DNA of 63,685 nt, filler included, from Phoronis australis (taxonomy: Eukaryota; Animalia; Phoronida): the NCBI GenBank assembly GCA_002633005.1. It is 6 parts of 6 records of this genome, joined end to end, with 100 filler letters (N's around TTAATTAATTAA, not from the genome) between each part and the next. Parts side by side here need not be neighbours in the genome. Positions count along the whole stretch, not along the records: positions 59,865 to 63,685 come from NMRA01000860.1; 5 more parts are not named here. The stretch is one strand, 5' to 3'. The notes under the pieces are model-generated. The model was not told the DNA's origin and did no database searches. It saw only the letters and a list, made by a program, of their open reading frames with translations. Position 1 is the first letter of the stretch, and the number at the start of each line of letters is the position of its first letter. Both the position numbers and the translations under genes were made by a program. Shown piece after piece: positions 61,830 to 63,685 of the stretch.

Positions 61830-63685
61830 TCCTACTGTAGTGTCAGCCAGCCTTCCTCCTTATCCGTCTTCATCGCCTGTGCAGTTCTTGAGGGGTCTGC
61901 TTTGTTGTTCTACTTTCTGAAAAATGACAGATAGTTTGTAACACTCTCGAATTATACACTTTTGGCAGAACTTCGCAGAGTCCAGCCACTACACAGGTGT
62001 GACTGCCTCTGAGTGATCCAATGATTTTGGCTGAGATAATTCATTTGACCCATGGCGTGTAATATGAAAAACGACCTTCAGTATAACCAGAAAAAACACT
62101 TAGGGTAACTGATTGATTTTTGACAGTTTGACCAGATTCCTTTGGACATCAAGAGAATATCATATCCAGATACTAAATGTCGACATTGTGGGACTTCTAA
62201 TACATAACGACACACTATATGATTTCAAAAAATACATAATTCACTGACAGCCGAAGTGAAAATTGTGCCATGCATCAGTTAAAATTGGAATTTAGAATGC
62301 TATGACTACAGCATTCATCAATATATGTATATGAAAAATACTCCCTGAAATGAACTAAAAAGAAGACACATAACAGCAATGATGGTTATTTGAAAGTGAA
62401 AGTCAATGAGATATTGCATTTTCCGCTTGAAACACGTGCAACAAGACTTTATTAGTAAGTGGACTGAATAGCTCTAGGCTAGCCTAGAATCCAACAACAG
62501 CGACAGAACAGGTTTGACTTAGGAAATCAAGATTGTTCATCACTTGTGTAGTAAATGTCGATGTCTGTCGTTGGTTGTGGCGTCTCTATGTTGTGATGTC
62601 CTTTTCTTGATATAACGATGGCCTAGGCCTTGTGCGACCCCTAACACCAGACGAGCCCGGCAAAGGTCACGCTGACACCACGTGACAAGATCGTCTGGGC
62701 CTTCTGGAGTTCACCACCGTTCAGTGTGCACGTAAGTGAATACTCTCTTGAATTACTCTTAAGTACTAGTCCACGAGAGGACCAACCATGAGCGGCAAGG
62801 TGGGGGTGAGCCGATTTTCACCAAATTTGGCACATATGTAGTCCTATGGGATCTATAAACAGCGGTAAAATATTTCCTCAAAATATTGCGTTTTTCTAAA
62901 GTTATAGGTTCAAACACATTTTACGGCTTCACAGCCATGTTTTCACGGTATAAAAACTGTCCAGTTTTAACTGTTCATATTTTTCCTTGAATGAAAGCTA
63001 TTGATTTATTATTCACTTGGCATTGTTTAGTGGGGCCTATAGATTGTTACACAGATGTCTTGAAACACGATTCCTATTTACCACCCACATTTAGTAGTTT
63101 TACTACACTGCTCCCCGTTATGCCATTTTGAGGTTGTGTTCAGTACACTGCTGTACCAAATCTGACCCCACTGTTATGAGAATGAAACTTAGCCAAAATG
63201 TTGACAAAACATGTTACTTTCATTGCATAAAATAAAAACTTTGTCAGCCAGTTTATTAGTTATACATTTTGGCACCTCAAATGTGCTAAAATGAGAAATT
63301 TTCATATATCTGAGATCGATGCGTGAGCACCTTAAAATCCGATTGCCCTTCATGTGTTTCGATACTTTGCAACCAGGTAGTTCCTCTTGAATGTTTTGAA
63401 CGTTTTACTACTTATCACTTAAAAGGGGACTGTAGTCAAAATAATGTTGCAGTTAATCGGTTCTAACATACAAATAAAACTCACATTTGCCTGACTTGCG
63501 TGCCAAACTAAAGCCAATTCGAATTCATGGTCAAAACACTGAATTCTGAAAGCGATCACTGATTGGCTGATGTGTCAGTGACGTGAACGGCGGAGTATCG
63601 GCTGTTTTACACATTCATTGCTTATGTCATATTTGAAGAGTTTACATCGTAATTTATCATTGTATCAATCGTCCTTATTTTTTAT

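Overview
Animal (AT-rich, probably marine invertebrate; taxon not determinable) genomic DNA. It consists of six assembly pieces joined by artificial N44-TTAATTAATTAA-N44 spacers (14955-15054, 37173-37272, 49661-49760, 55601-55700, 59765-59864), so neighbourhood across spacers is not biological. Four spliced genes can be reconstructed by hand. (1) A TNF-receptor-like gene (+, 4184-12458) has a signal exon, cysteine-rich domains and a transmembrane exon, followed by a ZU5/UPA-like exon with an HFS autoproteolysis-type motif. It also has NF-kB-like sites around exon 1 and a 10-nt footprint-like insertion that breaks the frame between TM and ZU5. (2) The 3' part of an FRMD4-family (CUPID-domain) gene (+, 16043-24137). 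(3) RNF25 (RWD + RING-H2 E3 ligase; -, 41031-47872, exon 1 not found). (4) The last two exons of an unidentified gene (-, 53936-55264). The rest is introns, UTR and transposon debris: L1/Tx1, L2/CR1, a zinc-knuckle ORF1, BEL/Pao gag, THAP, Helentron-like HINEs and several MITEs. Four apparent tandem duplications each abut a single N and look like uncollapsed haplotypes; one preserves filled and empty alleles of a transposon insertion. All calls are by eye; no searches were run.
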